Shown: positions 18,843 through 29,702, counted from the stretch's first letter. The stretch: DNA of 64,000 nt from Pseudomonadales bacterium (GCA_020632255.1 JACKFX010000001.1:184216-248215), one strand, 5' to 3'. Numbers and translations: made by a program. Notes: generated by a model not told the origin, from the sequence alone.

Positions 18843-20016
18843 AGAGTCCTAAAAATACCAATAAGCTACTCACCAAGACAAATGGTTGGAGGAGTGTGTT
18901 GTTGAATTGGGTAATTACAAACAGTATGCCCAGGAGCAAGAGAGTGAGACGAGCGTGTTTTTTGTTTAGTTGTTTAACTGTCACAACCAGTGCGTGGCCG
19001 AACGCAATCAGACCCCACAGACCTGTTCCTGTTAAGATGAAAAGTACAAGAGAGTCATCTACTCTGGCTTGATTTGGCACAACTGTAACTCTTAACTGCG
19101 TTTCAGAGTCATTGATTGCAGAGGTATAGAGTCCAGTGCCAATCAAGAGTTCTTGCTCAGATTGCGGAAGTGAGTGTGAGACCGTCGCAGCTCGGGCAGC
19201 AATACTACTGGTTCGTAAGAGTTTGGTACCCTCACCTCCTATGTGTGAAACTGAAAGAACCCCATAGGTAGCTAAGATGGCTACGGTTACGGAAATTCCG
19301 AGGTAGATAGTTTTTTGAAGTTTTAGCGACGTTAGCCAATATATCCAGAAGATGATAAGGCCAAGATAACTTGCTCGAGAAAAAGTGAGTAGAACCCCTA
19401 GGGTGAAAAGGAGTAACAACCCTCCTGAAAGCAGTCGATGTTTGATAATGGGGCGCGCAGCAATGATGGTCACTAAGCCAAGGAGAAAGAGTGCTCCCAT
19501 AAACGCGGGATCAAGTTGGGTGCCAATCATTCGGTAGTAATGATCATCAAAACCGAGCACAGAGAGAAAGCGAGTGTCTGGTATGAAGACAAGCTGAAGG
19601 AATCCGATGAGTGCTGTAATTGAAACGAGACCTAATCCGCCGACCAAATAATGGTTGGGTGTCAGTTTTGAAAACCGAGCCAGCGCCCAGGCAAAGGTAA
19701 GATGCACGCTAACTCGAGCAAGATATAAGAGCGGTACGAGCGAAAAAGTAGTTGTCAGTGCAAGTGCTGTGGTAAGTGCAGCAATGAGAATGAATGGGTG
19801 CCAGTGCTTGGTGGCAGTGTATGTTTTGAAAGCAGCAGCTGAAAGCGTGGAGTTGTTGAGTGCCAAGAGCCAGCCAGTCCAAAATACGATCAAGATATCA
19901 TGAGGATAGAGAGTTACACCAGAAGAAAGTGAAAATCTTCCAAGTTGTCCAAGTGACAAAGCTCCGACCAAAATCCAGAGTAGCAGTCGCTCGCTATTTT
20001 TTTGTTGCAGTTTCAT
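18826..20016 (-). CDS. O-antigen ligase/polymerase-like (Wzy_C/WaaL family) polytopic membrane protein
   Basis: 396 aa, ~10-12 TM helices with a large loop. Sits with GT2 and flippase genes. Confidence 0.4.
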   Translation of the reverse strand: MKLQQKNSERLLLWILVGALSLGQLGRFSLSSGVTLYPHDILIVFWTGWLLALNNSTLSAAAFKTYTATKHWHPFILIAALTTALALTTTFSLVPLLYLARVSVHLTFAWALARFSKLTPNHYLVGGLGLVSITALIGFLQLVFIPDTRFLSVLGFDDHYYRMIGTQLDPAFMGALFLLGLVTIIAARPIIKHRLLSGGLLLLFTLGVLLTFSRASYLGLIIFWIYWLTSLKLQKTIYLGISVTVAILATYGVLSVSHIGGEGTKLLRTSSIAARAATVSHSLPQSEQELLIGTGLYTSAINDSETQLRVTVVPNQARVDDSLVLFILTGTGLWGLIAFGHALVVTVKQLNKKHARLTLLLLGILFVITQFNNTLLQPFVLVSSLLVFLGLSKEYR

Positions 20017-20740
20017 AGGTTGATATTCTTACAATGAGTGAATGAAGGCTCATAAGCACCGAGTACACGAATCCGCGTATACCATCTCGAAAGCCTTGTT
20101 TGATGATAAAAGTAAAAATAAATTTTGCTGGTGGATAGGTTACAAGTTCTATGAGAGTACGGTGCTGAGGTTGGTTCTTGTGAGTGCCAATTTCTGTGGC
20201 ATATTTGGTGACATCTGCAAGAAAGGTGCTAACGTTTTTATGCGCAAAGTGGAGTACATGGAGTTCTGAGGCGGAAATGCTTCCTTGGGTTGTGGCTGTT
20301 TCGTGAATACTGCCGGTAAATTGACTGAATTTTTTGTGAACGAGTCTGACGATTTGTTGGTTGCCAGCTTCGCCATATTTGAGTTTTTTACCCAGAAAGA
20401 CATCCTGTCGAGTGATGGTGTATGCAGTTGCCTGGGAGTTGGAGATGCGGTGCATGAGGGTGTTTGCATCAAACGGTTGAAGTTCTTCATCACTATCTAA
20501 AAAGAAAACCCAGTCATTTGATGCATTCTTGAGTGCTGCGTTTCTTACTGCCGAAAAATCGGTGATGGGCCTGTGTGGGCCAGGAATGATTTTGGCACGA
20601 GGATGTGGCAGATTTTTTTTCTGGATAGAAACAGAGTTGGTGACGATAATGAGTTCATTAAAATGAGAGAGCGTACGAACAGCTTCTTCAAGATGATCAG
20701 TTGTATTTGTCAGAATAATTGCAGTGATGGGAAGCATCAT
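19994..20740 (-). CDS. family 2 glycosyltransferase
   Basis: GT-A fold features: VFFLDSDEE (DXD) and an N-terminal Rossmann-like region. 248 aa. Confidence 0.65.
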   Translation of the reverse strand: MMLPITAIILTNTTDHLEEAVRTLSHFNELIIVTNSVSIQKKNLPHPRAKIIPGPHRPITDFSAVRNAALKNASNDWVFFLDSDEELQPFDANTLMHRISNSQATAYTITRQDVFLGKKLKYGEAGNQQIVRLVHKKFSQFTGSIHETATTQGSISASELHVLHFAHKNVSTFLADVTKYATEIGTHKNQPQHRTLIELVTYPPAKFIFTFIIKQGFRDGIRGFVYSVLMSLHSLIVRISTYETATKK

Positions 20741-21999
20741 GACTTCTTAAAAAGGCTTTGATATAAACCGTATACGATAATAGGTAATGAAATAATTCTT
20801 GAGGTAATCAGAGCTGCAGCAGCACCAGCTATGCCGTTTTCGATGCTCCAGAAGTAAATAAGTGGAATCATGATGATGACTGCAACTCCAAGTTGCAGAT
20901 TTACGTATGTGAATCGTTTTGCTGCCATGAGGACCGAGGTGCCTTGCATTGTGACAGCTTGTAAGAGTCCGGCTATTCCGAGTAAAGGTAAGTAGCTTGC
21001 TACTTCACTCCACTCTGCTCCTAATAAGATTGAAACGACAAGATGAGGAAAGATGATGAGCGGCAAGGTGCCAAGAGTTGCAATGCCGAGTGTGACTAGA
21101 CTTGAGCGGAGGAAGGCGCGGCGCAGCCGCGCCTGATCATCGACAATTTTGGTGAAAATTGGCAGTGTGCCATGGTAAGCAGATTTGGTAATGTCGAAGT
21201 TTACCTTGTGACCAATGCTATAGCCATTGTGGTACAAACCAAGATTATAGGTACCTAACGTTTTTCCGAGTACCAAGTTATCGGCATTTTCATGGGCATA
21301 TGACAGCAGTGCTGAGAGGCTCAGCCACTTAGCATTGCCATAAATTGCTTTAGCTCTGCTGGCAAAGTACTTAAACTTTGGTTTAATTTCAAAAAAGATG
21401 AAGGAAATTAGAACTTCAAAAACTGCTGCACCAATCATGGCAAGCACTAGGGCAAAGAATGATCTCATCCATAATCCTAAGAGAATAGCTAATATGACAT
21501 CTACGACGGTCAGAGAGAGTCGATAGCCACTGTCCTTGAAGAATTCTAAGTTTTTGTGGAGAGAGATAATACTTGGGTTAATAAAGCCTTTGATAATAGG
21601 AACCAGTGCTGCTATGGCAATGTAGAAAGGTAAATCTGGCATAGTGTAAAAGACTCCCATGCCTAACCCAAGCAGAACCATAAAAATACCAATGATGAAG
21701 CCCCGAATGATGGCAATGACCCAGGCAGTGTCAACAAAGTACGTAATCGATCGTTTTGATTGTAAAATAGTGAAGTTAACGCCAGTTTGGGTAAAGGCTT
21801 CAACGATGCCAAGGGCGATAGTGATAAGTGAGAAGGTTCCGAAGTCAGTGGGAGAAAGTAAGCGCGCTAAGATGGAAATTTTCAACACAACCAAAGCACT
21901 TTGTAGTACTTTGAGAATTGTTTGCCAACTAAAACCAGAGATTGCGTTTTTTGTATATCCCACAACTTCCATTATACCGATTTCTTTCGGAAAAGACAC
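20737..21999 (-). CDS. Wzx-type oligosaccharide flippase (MOP superfamily)
   Basis: 420 aa, ~12-14 TM helices. Gene context is GT2 plus ligase-like. Confidence 0.55.
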   Translation of the reverse strand: MSFPKEIGIMEVVGYTKNAISGFSWQTILKVLQSALVVLKISILARLLSPTDFGTFSLITIALGIVEAFTQTGVNFTILQSKRSITYFVDTAWVIAIIRGFIIGIFMVLLGLGMGVFYTMPDLPFYIAIAALVPIIKGFINPSIISLHKNLEFFKDSGYRLSLTVVDVILAILLGLWMRSFFALVLAMIGAAVFEVLISFIFFEIKPKFKYFASRAKAIYGNAKWLSLSALLSYAHENADNLVLGKTLGTYNLGLYHNGYSIGHKVNFDITKSAYHGTLPIFTKIVDDQARLRRAFLRSSLVTLGIATLGTLPLIIFPHLVVSILLGAEWSEVASYLPLLGIAGLLQAVTMQGTSVLMAAKRFTYVNLQLGVAVIIMIPLIYFWSIENGIAGAAAALITSRIISLPIIVYGLYQSLFKKS

Positions 22000-22044
22000 T
22001 TTGTCCTTGAAATATACTTTGATTGAGGTAATAATTAAATCGTT

Positions 22045-22617
22045 ATGAATCCTCTTAAATCACTTTCCAGTTTTTTTCTTGACATGGTCGAAACTGTTGT
22101 CATCGGGTTATCAATATTTTTGGTTGTGTACCTCTTTTTCATGCAGCCTCACCAGGTCAATGGTCAGTCAATGGTACCAAACTTTCAAAGTGGTGAGTAT
22201 GTTTTAACCGACAAGGTGAGTTACAAGATGGGTGATCCAGAGCGTGGAGATGTGGTGGTTTTTCATGCCCCAGAAGCTGCGCACTGTCCCGAAGGCACTG
22301 GATGTGACTTTATTAAGCGAGTTCTTGGTGTCCCTGGTGATAGTATTGAAGTTAAAGAAAATGCAATTTGGGTTAACGGAAGTATGCTTGACGAGCCATA
22401 CATCCCAGCAGATTTCGAAATTCTTCCCGGTATGTTTACTAAGGATCGTGTGGTAACGCTCGGTCCGGACGAATACTTTGTCTCTGGTGATAATCGTCCT
22501 TACTCTTCAGACTCAAGAGCTTGGGGTCCTATTAGTAAGAGTGATATTGTTGGAAAAGCTTTTTTCCGCTATTGGCCACTCGAAAAAGCAGGCACTATTG
22601 AAACCTATCGCCACTAA
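22045..22617 (+). CDS. lepB: signal peptidase I
   Basis: GQSMVPNF (catalytic Ser box), RGDVVVF, KRVLGVPGD (Lys box), VSGDNRPYSSDSRAWG box E. N-terminal TM. Confidence 0.85.
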   Translation: MNPLKSLSSFFLDMVETVVIGLSIFLVVYLFFMQPHQVNGQSMVPNFQSGEYVLTDKVSYKMGDPERGDVVVFHAPEAAHCPEGTGCDFIKRVLGVPGDSIEVKENAIWVNGSMLDEPYIPADFEILPGMFTKDRVVTLGPDEYFVSGDNRPYSSDSRAWGPISKSDIVGKAFFRYWPLEKAGTIETYRH

Positions 22618-22642
22618 TTTTTTCTTTGAAAAATGTGAAGGG

Positions 22643-23506
22643 CTACTCGTCTTGCTTGCCGGTAGTGAGTTCCATGATGCGAGCAAGATCTTTTTCAGTC
22701 TTTTGGGCATCACCTTTGAGTGTAATGGTAATTTTGGTTTGGCGTAGAGATCGTTGAAGTTTGACTGTTGATTTTGATTTGAGTACCCGTTTGAGTCGCT
22801 TTTCCCAAACTTTCATTTCTTCAAGCATTTGTGACACAGATTTTGCGGAACGGTGCAGGTTGGTGCTTCTTTGCCCAATCTCTTCTTTAGCTAACCTAGC
22901 CAACTGCTCTGCCTGGCGAACTGATGCATTGGTCTTAAGAATTTTTTTATAGACTTGCACCATTTTATGCGGATCCTTAATGCCACTGATTGCTCGAGCA
23001 TGTCCCTCGTCAATCAACCCACCTAAAAGTCCATCTTTAATAGCGTCAGGAAGTTTTAAAAGCTTAAGTGAGTTAACTACGTATGCAAGTGATTTAGAGA
23101 CTTTTTCAGCAACTTGTGTATCAGTATAATTAAAATTACGTTTTAGTTGTTGAAATGCCTGTGCACGTTCGATCGGACCTAAATCGATGCGTTGGACATT
23201 CTCGACAATAGCCATTTCTAGCATCTGTTTAGGAGTGACCTTTTTGGTAATCACTGGGACAGTTTTGAGTCCTGCTTGCTGTGAAGCCCGCCATCGACGC
23301 TCTCCTGCAATGATTTGGTAGCCAGCTGGTGTCTGAGTAACAACGAGTGGCTCGAGCACACCGTGCTCTTTGATAGAGGCAGTCAACTCATCAAGATCTT
23401 CAGTTTTGATCAGGTTGAGATCTCTGGGTTGGAAGGGATTGGGTTGTAATAATTCGATAGAAAGTTCTTTAATTAGTTGATCTGTCATGTGAGCAAAGTA
23501 TAGCAA
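22643..23506 (-). CDS. parB: chromosome partitioning protein ParB/Spo0J
   Basis: ParB N-terminal box ([10 protein letters not shown] ... GERRWRA) plus HTH region. Confidence 0.8.
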   Translation of the reverse strand: MLYFAHMTDQLIKELSIELLQPNPFQPRDLNLIKTEDLDELTASIKEHGVLEPLVVTQTPAGYQIIAGERRWRASQQAGLKTVPVITKKVTPKQMLEMAIVENVQRIDLGPIERAQAFQQLKRNFNYTDTQVAEKVSKSLAYVVNSLKLLKLPDAIKDGLLGGLIDEGHARAISGIKDPHKMVQVYKKILKTNASVRQAEQLARLAKEEIGQRSTNLHRSAKSVSQMLEEMKVWEKRLKRVLKSKSTVKLQRSLRQTKITITLKGDAQKTEKDLARIMELTTGKQDE

Positions 23507-23591
23507 TTGATCCGGGTTTTTTCCAGAGGAAAAGCATCAAAAAGGCTGGCGCGTTGCGCCAGCCTCCTGAATTCAATTCTTTTGGTGTTAC

Positions 23592-23849
23592 TTATTTTGA
23601 AACAACATTAACAACAGTTTTACCAAAGCGCTTGCTAAATGCAACTGCTCCGTCGATCATAGCAAAGATGGTGTGGTCTTTCCCCATTCCAACGCCTTTA
23701 CCAGCTTTATATTTAGCACCACGTTGGCGGAGAATGATGTTTCCAGAAATGACGGACTCTCCACCAAATTTCTTAACACCAAGACGCTTTCCGTGACGCT
23801 TACCTTGTTTGTGTTGATTAACTTTACCAGATGCTTTAACGTGTGACAT
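23592..23849 (-). CDS. rpmA: 50S ribosomal protein L27
   Basis: 85 aa, [14 protein letters not shown]...RQRG.K...G..VG.GKDHT, classic L27. Confidence 0.9.
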   Translation of the reverse strand: MSHVKASGKVNQHKQGKRHGKRLGVKKFGGESVISGNIILRQRGAKYKAGKGVGMGKDHTIFAMIDGAVAFSKRFGKTVVNVVSK

Positions 23850-23872
23850 ACGGGCCTTTATTTAGTTTTTGA

Positions 23873-25039
23873 TTAACTTCGCTTGTTATATTCTAATTTA
23901 TAGATTGTTCTTCGAACAATAGCTTGTGAACGACTGTATTCAATCGGTTCAGAACTGGTAGTGTACCCCAAATTCCCCAAGCTGTCAATGAATTTTTTCA
24001 TTGAGAAGGTGTGTTTTTTACCACTTTTATCTTCGATAGTAACTGTTGGCATGACAATCACAATGGTAGCTTTGTCTGCTAAAACTTGTGTCCAGTGTTT
24101 GAATGCCCCTTTATAGAGTCGTTCAAGCCCTTTAAAAATGTATGGGACTTTGGCGGGATTTGGTCGAGGCTTTCCGAGGAATGGCTCGGTTACAATAAGA
24201 TCAATTTTTTTTGTTGGAGTAACTTTGCTGACCTCGCCAGTCATAACTTCAGGAGTTACTGACATAGTAAGCACATCAGAATACCAGGCTATATTAGTTT
24301 TCGTACCTTTTGTAGCAACTGGATCAAGATCAGAACCGACCAGATTTGTTTTACCAACAGCAAGAGCTTCGAGTAACACGGTTCCAGATCCACAGAACGG
24401 ATCATAGATCACTGGTTGTGAATCGATGTCGAATGACTCAAGCCCCCAATTGAGCATCATTCGTGCAACTTTTGGTGGAAGCATACCTTTTATTCGGTCT
24501 GCGTAGGGTTTTTCGCGGTCAACTTCTGTCCAGGCATCAATGTTTTGGACAGCTACTGTTTTACCAATAATCGTGCCAGAGTTAGTACCAATTAAACAAA
24601 TTTCTTGTACAAATGATTTATGAAGTAAGAGCGCAGAAGGAACACCTCCACGAGGACCGTCTTTCAACTGAACTTTGTATCCAAGGTTTTTGAGGTGATT
24701 TTTAATACTGATTGCATCAAAAACAGGCAGGTGATCTCGGCCAATTTCGGCAAGACCATACACAACTTTGTCTTTTTCTGTCTCACGAATGAGTGCTTTG
24801 GTAGCTATTTCAATGATGTCTTCGTTGCTTGGTTTTTCGAGAAGGTCAAGTTCGCGAATAACTTTGACTGTGCCACCAAGCTGATTAAGGAGTGCAATGG
24901 CCTGATCGTCTGAAGCAAGTTCAGCAGTTCCGATCAACTCATGGGTATGAATAATGCGAATAGTACTACGCGCAACAGCCCTGAGTTCAGCGAGAGAAAA
25001 TTCTGGAGTGTTACCAAAAAGAAAATGATAGATATTCAT
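23873..25039 (-). CDS. class I SAM-dependent RNA methyltransferase (THUMP/Trm11/RlmL-like, UPF0020 type)
   Basis: Motif I DPFCGSGTVLLEA, motif IV-like TEPFLG, long N-terminal ferredoxin/THUMP-like region. Located between rplU and rpmA. Confidence 0.5.
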   Translation of the reverse strand: MNIYHFLFGNTPEFSLAELRAVARSTIRIIHTHELIGTAELASDDQAIALLNQLGGTVKVIRELDLLEKPSNEDIIEIATKALIRETEKDKVVYGLAEIGRDHLPVFDAISIKNHLKNLGYKVQLKDGPRGGVPSALLLHKSFVQEICLIGTNSGTIIGKTVAVQNIDAWTEVDREKPYADRIKGMLPPKVARMMLNWGLESFDIDSQPVIYDPFCGSGTVLLEALAVGKTNLVGSDLDPVATKGTKTNIAWYSDVLTMSVTPEVMTGEVSKVTPTKKIDLIVTEPFLGKPRPNPAKVPYIFKGLERLYKGAFKHWTQVLADKATIVIVMPTVTIEDKSGKKHTFSMKKFIDSLGNLGYTTSSEPIEYSRSQAIVRRTIYKLEYNKRS

Positions 25040-25116
25040 AGTTTGTTAGACAACCGATAGTGGGTTCGTCCCCTTGCGACCTGGTGAGGTCATAACGTCT
25101 ACAAACCAAATGCGAA

Positions 25117-25431
25117 TTACGCTTTGATTTTTGTGACCTCGACTAAAGTCTGAGGTTGCTTGTGTCCTTGGACCTTGCGGTATTTAGATTTTGACTTGTA
25201 TTTTGCCACACGAATCTTAGGTGCACGGTTGTGCTCTGTTACCTTAAGAGTAACTTCAGCACCTGCAACTAAAGGTTCGCCAATTTTGACTTCTTTGCCA
25301 TCTGATGCAAGAAGAACGTCGGTAACTTTAAGGGTTTTACCTTCTTCAGTATCCAGGCGAGCTATGGTGATCTTGTCTCCTTCGCTAACCTTGTATTGTT
25401 TACCACCGATTTGAATGATTGCGTATGACAT
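25117..25431 (-). CDS. rplU: 50S ribosomal protein L21
   Basis: MSYAIIQIGGKQYKVSEGD, 104 aa, upstream of rpmA as usual. Confidence 0.9.
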   Translation of the reverse strand: MSYAIIQIGGKQYKVSEGDKITIARLDTEEGKTLKVTDVLLASDGKEVKIGEPLVAGAEVTLKVTEHNRAPKIRVAKYKSKSKYRKVQGHKQPQTLVEVTKIKA

Positions 25432-25492
25432 ACTTGATGAACTTTCTTAGTTTATATATTTTGCTCTTAGAACATAGAATTATAGCACAAAG

Positions 25493-26560
25493 TTATGAAA
25501 CGTGCAGTGTCAATTCTTTTCTCTGGGTCCTTATATCCGCCTGTAGAAGTCCTAGAGTAGCAGAAACAGTGATAACCGAGCTGCCTCCATATGACAGTAG
25601 TGGTAACGTAATGCCTGTGATTGGTAGCAATCCCATATTCATACCCATGTTCACAAAAGATTGCAACAAAATTTGTGCGGTGACCACATACACGAAATAC
25701 ACTACAGTTTTTTCTTTTGTTGTTCGAGCAGTGTGAAGTAAAAATAATACCAAGCCTAAGTATAAAGAGATGACGAGCATAGAACCTACAAAGCCGAATT
25801 CTTCAGCTATTGAGGAAAAAATGAAGTCAGTTTGACGCTCTGGTAAAAAACGCAGATGAGATTGCACGCCTTGTCCGAGTCCCCTACCCCAAAATTGCCC
25901 TGATCCTACTGCAATCATTGATTGGTTAGCGTTATAACTTGCTCCAGTAAGATCTGCAGTTGGGTCGATAAAACTAGTAATTCGCTGTTTTTGGTAAGGT
26001 TGAAACACAAAAACCCAGGCAATCGCCACAGTTGCCAGCCCTATTCCAAGCATTGAGAGAATTTGTTTACCAGAAATGGGTAAAAATAACGCAAGTGGGG
26101 CCAAGCTTGCTAGGTATACAATTGTTGTTCCGAGATCTGGTTCAATCAAAATAAGCCCTGCAGGTACTGCTATCAAGAATGCCCAATACACCATGTTTTT
26201 GACAGTAATGTACTTAGTTTTACCTATAAGTGAACTAATGTAGAGGCCGACAAGCGGGATTGCTAACTGAGAAGCCTGTAGAGCAAAGAGTCCTCCAACA
26301 TCAATCCATCTGGCAGTATTTCTGGTTTGGAGAGAGATTGCTAGTGTGAGTATGAGGAGTGCGATCGTAATACCATACCCAAAGACACTCAGTTGTAAAA
26401 TTCGTTTCCAGGATAGCCGGGAAAGGGTGATAAAACTTACCCCTCCAACTACAAAAAAGAGCAGCTGTCTTGAGGCTAGCGCCGGAGCAATACTACTGAG
26501 TGTTAAGACGCTCAAGAGCCCAAGCAAAATTAGTAGTGCTGGAAGAAACCAATATCGCAT
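25493..26560 (-). CDS. SEDS family peptidoglycan polymerase (RodA/FtsW family; probably RodA, since an ftsW sits in the dcw cluster)
   Basis: 355 aa, ~10 TM. SEDS motifs (PDLGT, large loop with W...G). Paralog of 35947-37029. Confidence 0.7.
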   Translation of the reverse strand: MRYWFLPALLILLGLLSVLTLSSIAPALASRQLLFFVVGGVSFITLSRLSWKRILQLSVFGYGITIALLILTLAISLQTRNTARWIDVGGLFALQASQLAIPLVGLYISSLIGKTKYITVKNMVYWAFLIAVPAGLILIEPDLGTTIVYLASLAPLALFLPISGKQILSMLGIGLATVAIAWVFVFQPYQKQRITSFIDPTADLTGASYNANQSMIAVGSGQFWGRGLGQGVQSHLRFLPERQTDFIFSSIAEEFGFVGSMLVISLYLGLVLFLLHTARTTKEKTVVYFVYVVTAQILLQSFVNMGMNMGLLPITGITLPLLSYGGSSVITVSATLGLLQADIRTQRKELTLHVS

Positions 26561-26613
26561 TGTCCCTGTTGTACCATTTTGTCTTGCTGGTAATCAAGCT
26601 AGAACAAGATGTT

Positions 26614-29418
26614 TTACTCTTTGAGAGCAAGTTCTCCACCTTTTTCTAAGGTAACGTTTGTTTTTTCTTCGATTTCGCTTTGCCAGTTAGTTGGCCACTC
26701 TGGAGCAGTCACAACAGCAGCAGTATCGAATGAAAGATTGGCTTTCTTACGAAGACGCTGGATTGAGCGCATCAGTTCACGGGCTTCACCTTCTGCTTTG
26801 AGTTGATCGGTTAACTCGGTTTCGAGTTTAACTGTAAGCGATTCTGTGCTGTGATTCCAAGTAATGTCTTTGACATTAACTTCATCAAGCAAGACCTGGA
26901 GAACATCATCCGCTGGTTTGGGGAGTTGTACGAATGCAGTCACCATAGGCAATGGCTGACGCACTTTAATGCCAGCTTCGCGGCGCTGTGCATGGGTTTC
27001 GGCAACCACCTTGCGGACTGCTTCCATGCTTTCTTCAAGCTCAGCATCCATGGCACTTTCGTCTGCAGTTGGCCAATCGGTGTGATGTATACTTTCGTCT
27101 TCAGTTACCAAATGCTGATACAGCCACTCACTGAAGAACGGCGTGAACGGAGCAAAGAGCTGGGCTAAGCGAACTAAGACAATTCCAAAGACTTTGACCG
27201 ACTCTTGATTGGTGCGTAAACGGTCGCGGCTTCGGCGAAGGTACCAGGTTGAGACTTCGTCAACAAAGCTCATCAAGGTTCGACTGGCTTTAACAACGTT
27301 GTAGGCATCCATGTACTCGGTAACTTCTTTGGTGACATGTGCCAAGCGGCTCATGATCCAACGGTCCATAATGTCCTCTGGTTTGAGTTTTTCAGAAAGG
27401 TTTACAGTTGCGTCTCCTGCATACAGCTTGAAGAATGAGACCATGTTATACCAGATCACAAAAACTTTTTTGCGGATGTCAGAAACTTCCCGTTCGTTAA
27501 AGTTGAGATTTTCTGACTTCATCACAGTTGAACTCATGAGGTACAAGCGCAGACTATCAACCCCATACTCGTTAATGAGAGTCATTGGATCAGGGTAGTT
27601 TTTCTTTGATTTACTCATTTTGGTACCGTCTTCCGCGAGGATAGTTCCAGTGGTGAGGGTGTTTTCCACGGCATTCTTACCAAAGACACCAACCGACATG
27701 ACATGCATGGTGTAGAACCACGCACGAGTTTGGGCGATGTACTCACTCACAAACTGAGCTGGGTAAGTACTCTCGAACTCTTCTTTGTTTTCGAATGGAT
27801 AGTGTTTTGAAGCAAATGGCATCGAGCCAGATTCCACCCAACAGTCGAAGACTTCAGGGATACGGGTGCCTTTGATGGTTTTGTCGTCATCAACCCAGAC
27901 TTCGATGTCATCGAGGTACTCGCGATGAAGGTTTTCAACTTGAGCAGCGCGGTCGCTGTCAACAGCCCATTCTTTAAGCTCTGCAACAGAGCCAATCACT
28001 CGCTGGTCACCATCTTTGCTACGCCAAACGGGCAGTGGGGTTCCCCAGTAACGTGAGCGTGATATGTTCCAATCTGGAGCAGTTTCAAGACCTTTTCCAA
28101 ATCGTCCGTACTTGAGATGTTCTGGGAACCAGTTGATGTTTTCGTTTTGTGCAATGAGGTCATCTTTAAGTTTTTGAACATTTATAAACCAGGCTGGGAC
28201 GGCGTTGTAGTACAAAGGAGTGTTACAGCGGTAACAGAATGGATATGAGTGAGTGATCTTCTCTGCTCGATGCATTAGGCCACGTTCTTCGAGATCGGCA
28301 TTGATAGTTTTTTCGGCGCCCTTGTAGAATTTTCCGGCGACGATTTCCACAAAATCAAGGAATTTACCTTCATCATTTAGGGTTGGAACCAGTGGCAAGT
28401 CTGCTTCGAGTGCCAATGCATAGTCATCTTCACCAAAAATGGCGGCGGTATGTACAATTCCAGTACCATCTTCCAGACTGACAAAGTCAGCAGCGAGGAC
28501 GCTCCAGGCATTTGGTTTGTCTGATTGGACGTAGTCATACAGTGGCTCGTAGTGAAGGCCGATGAGCTCAGAGCCTTTAACGGTTTTAAGTACTTTGTAG
28601 TCTTCAATAAAAACCTTTTCTGCAAGTGCTTTAGCAGCCCAGAGTTTTTGGCCATGTTGTTCAACTTGAACGTAGTCAGCTTCGGTATCAACGGCTAGAC
28701 CAACGTTCCCTGGTAGAGTCCAGGGAGTGGTTGTCCAAGCGACGAGGTATTCGTCAGTAGCATCAACAACTTTGAATTTCACATAGACTGAGTGATCTGA
28801 AACATCTTCATACGAGTTATCCATGGCAATTTCGAAGTTTGAAAGTGGTGTACTACAGCGAGGACAGTACATAACCACCTTTCGGCCTTCATAAATCAGC
28901 CCTTTATCAAAGAGCTGTTTGAAACCCCACCAGACCGATTCCATAAAGGTAGCGTCCATGGTTTTGTAGTTGTTTTTGAAGTCGACCCAGCGGCCGAGAC
29001 GAGCAATGATTTTTTCCCACTCAGTATCGAGACGAAGCACTTCCATCTCACAAGCTTGATTGAACTTGTCGATACCGAGCTCTTCGATTCCTTTTTTTCC
29101 GCCCTTGATGTCGAGTTTCTTCTCGATCATGTTCTCAATTGGCAGCCCATGGCAGTCCCAGCCCCAAACACGCTCAACCCGGTAGCCCTTCATGGTCCAG
29201 TATCGTGGAATGACGTCTTTTGAAGTTGAACCCAACAAGTGTCCATAGTGAGGGAGACCAGTTGCAAAAGGAGGCCCATCATAAAAAACGTAAGCTTTAT
29301 CATTAGGACGCATCTCAACTGATTTTTCGAATGCTTGAGTGTCTTGCCAGTACGCAAGAACATCCTCTTCCATTTGGGGGAAGTTGGGTTGGGTCGGTAG
29401 AGTGTGTTGTTTTGGCAT
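26614..29418 (-). CDS. ileS: isoleucyl-tRNA synthetase
   Basis: Class I HIGH region PPFATGLPHYGHLL (IleRS-type), KMSKS motif (KMSKSKKN), 934 aa. Confidence 0.85.
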   Translation of the reverse strand: MPKQHTLPTQPNFPQMEEDVLAYWQDTQAFEKSVEMRPNDKAYVFYDGPPFATGLPHYGHLLGSTSKDVIPRYWTMKGYRVERVWGWDCHGLPIENMIEKKLDIKGGKKGIEELGIDKFNQACEMEVLRLDTEWEKIIARLGRWVDFKNNYKTMDATFMESVWWGFKQLFDKGLIYEGRKVVMYCPRCSTPLSNFEIAMDNSYEDVSDHSVYVKFKVVDATDEYLVAWTTTPWTLPGNVGLAVDTEADYVQVEQHGQKLWAAKALAEKVFIEDYKVLKTVKGSELIGLHYEPLYDYVQSDKPNAWSVLAADFVSLEDGTGIVHTAAIFGEDDYALALEADLPLVPTLNDEGKFLDFVEIVAGKFYKGAEKTINADLEERGLMHRAEKITHSYPFCYRCNTPLYYNAVPAWFINVQKLKDDLIAQNENINWFPEHLKYGRFGKGLETAPDWNISRSRYWGTPLPVWRSKDGDQRVIGSVAELKEWAVDSDRAAQVENLHREYLDDIEVWVDDDKTIKGTRIPEVFDCWVESGSMPFASKHYPFENKEEFESTYPAQFVSEYIAQTRAWFYTMHVMSVGVFGKNAVENTLTTGTILAEDGTKMSKSKKNYPDPMTLINEYGVDSLRLYLMSSTVMKSENLNFNEREVSDIRKKVFVIWYNMVSFFKLYAGDATVNLSEKLKPEDIMDRWIMSRLAHVTKEVTEYMDAYNVVKASRTLMSFVDEVSTWYLRRSRDRLRTNQESVKVFGIVLVRLAQLFAPFTPFFSEWLYQHLVTEDESIHHTDWPTADESAMDAELEESMEAVRKVVAETHAQRREAGIKVRQPLPMVTAFVQLPKPADDVLQVLLDEVNVKDITWNHSTESLTVKLETELTDQLKAEGEARELMRSIQRLRKKANLSFDTAAVVTAPEWPTNWQSEIEEKTNVTLEKGGELALKE

Positions 29419-29702
29419 GGTTTTTTCCTTTGCTCTTTCTGTGTTGTAGTTACAAAAAGAACCCTCTCAGGTCCGCGATACTTCGCGAACTTGAGAGGGT
29501 TCTCTACTTTTTCAGTAGTAACGGTACCACCTCTTCTTTTTCTCGGTTCCTGCTGTTACGGGCTTACCCGGACTGGTCTAGTGTGCTTGTGAGCTGCACA
29601 AGCGGTTCTTCAGTCTGCGTTTTTGCTTTTGGTTTGACCCAAGGGGCAAAATTGTTGAGCGATGATCAACATGGGACGCAGGTAGTTATCTCAGTTATTA
29701 TA
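29419..29702 (-). promoter_or_regulatory. ileS leader: putative T-box riboswitch with promoter and intrinsic terminator/attenuator
   Basis: On the minus strand: TATAAT (29697-29702); stem I-like helix (CTGCGT...ACGCAG) enclosing ATC-containing loops; T-box-like AGAGGTGGTACCGT (29521-29534); perfect 12-bp terminator AGAACCCTCTCA...TGAGAGGGTTCT (29458-29503) then TTTTT, immediately before the ileS ATG. Confidence 0.55.
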
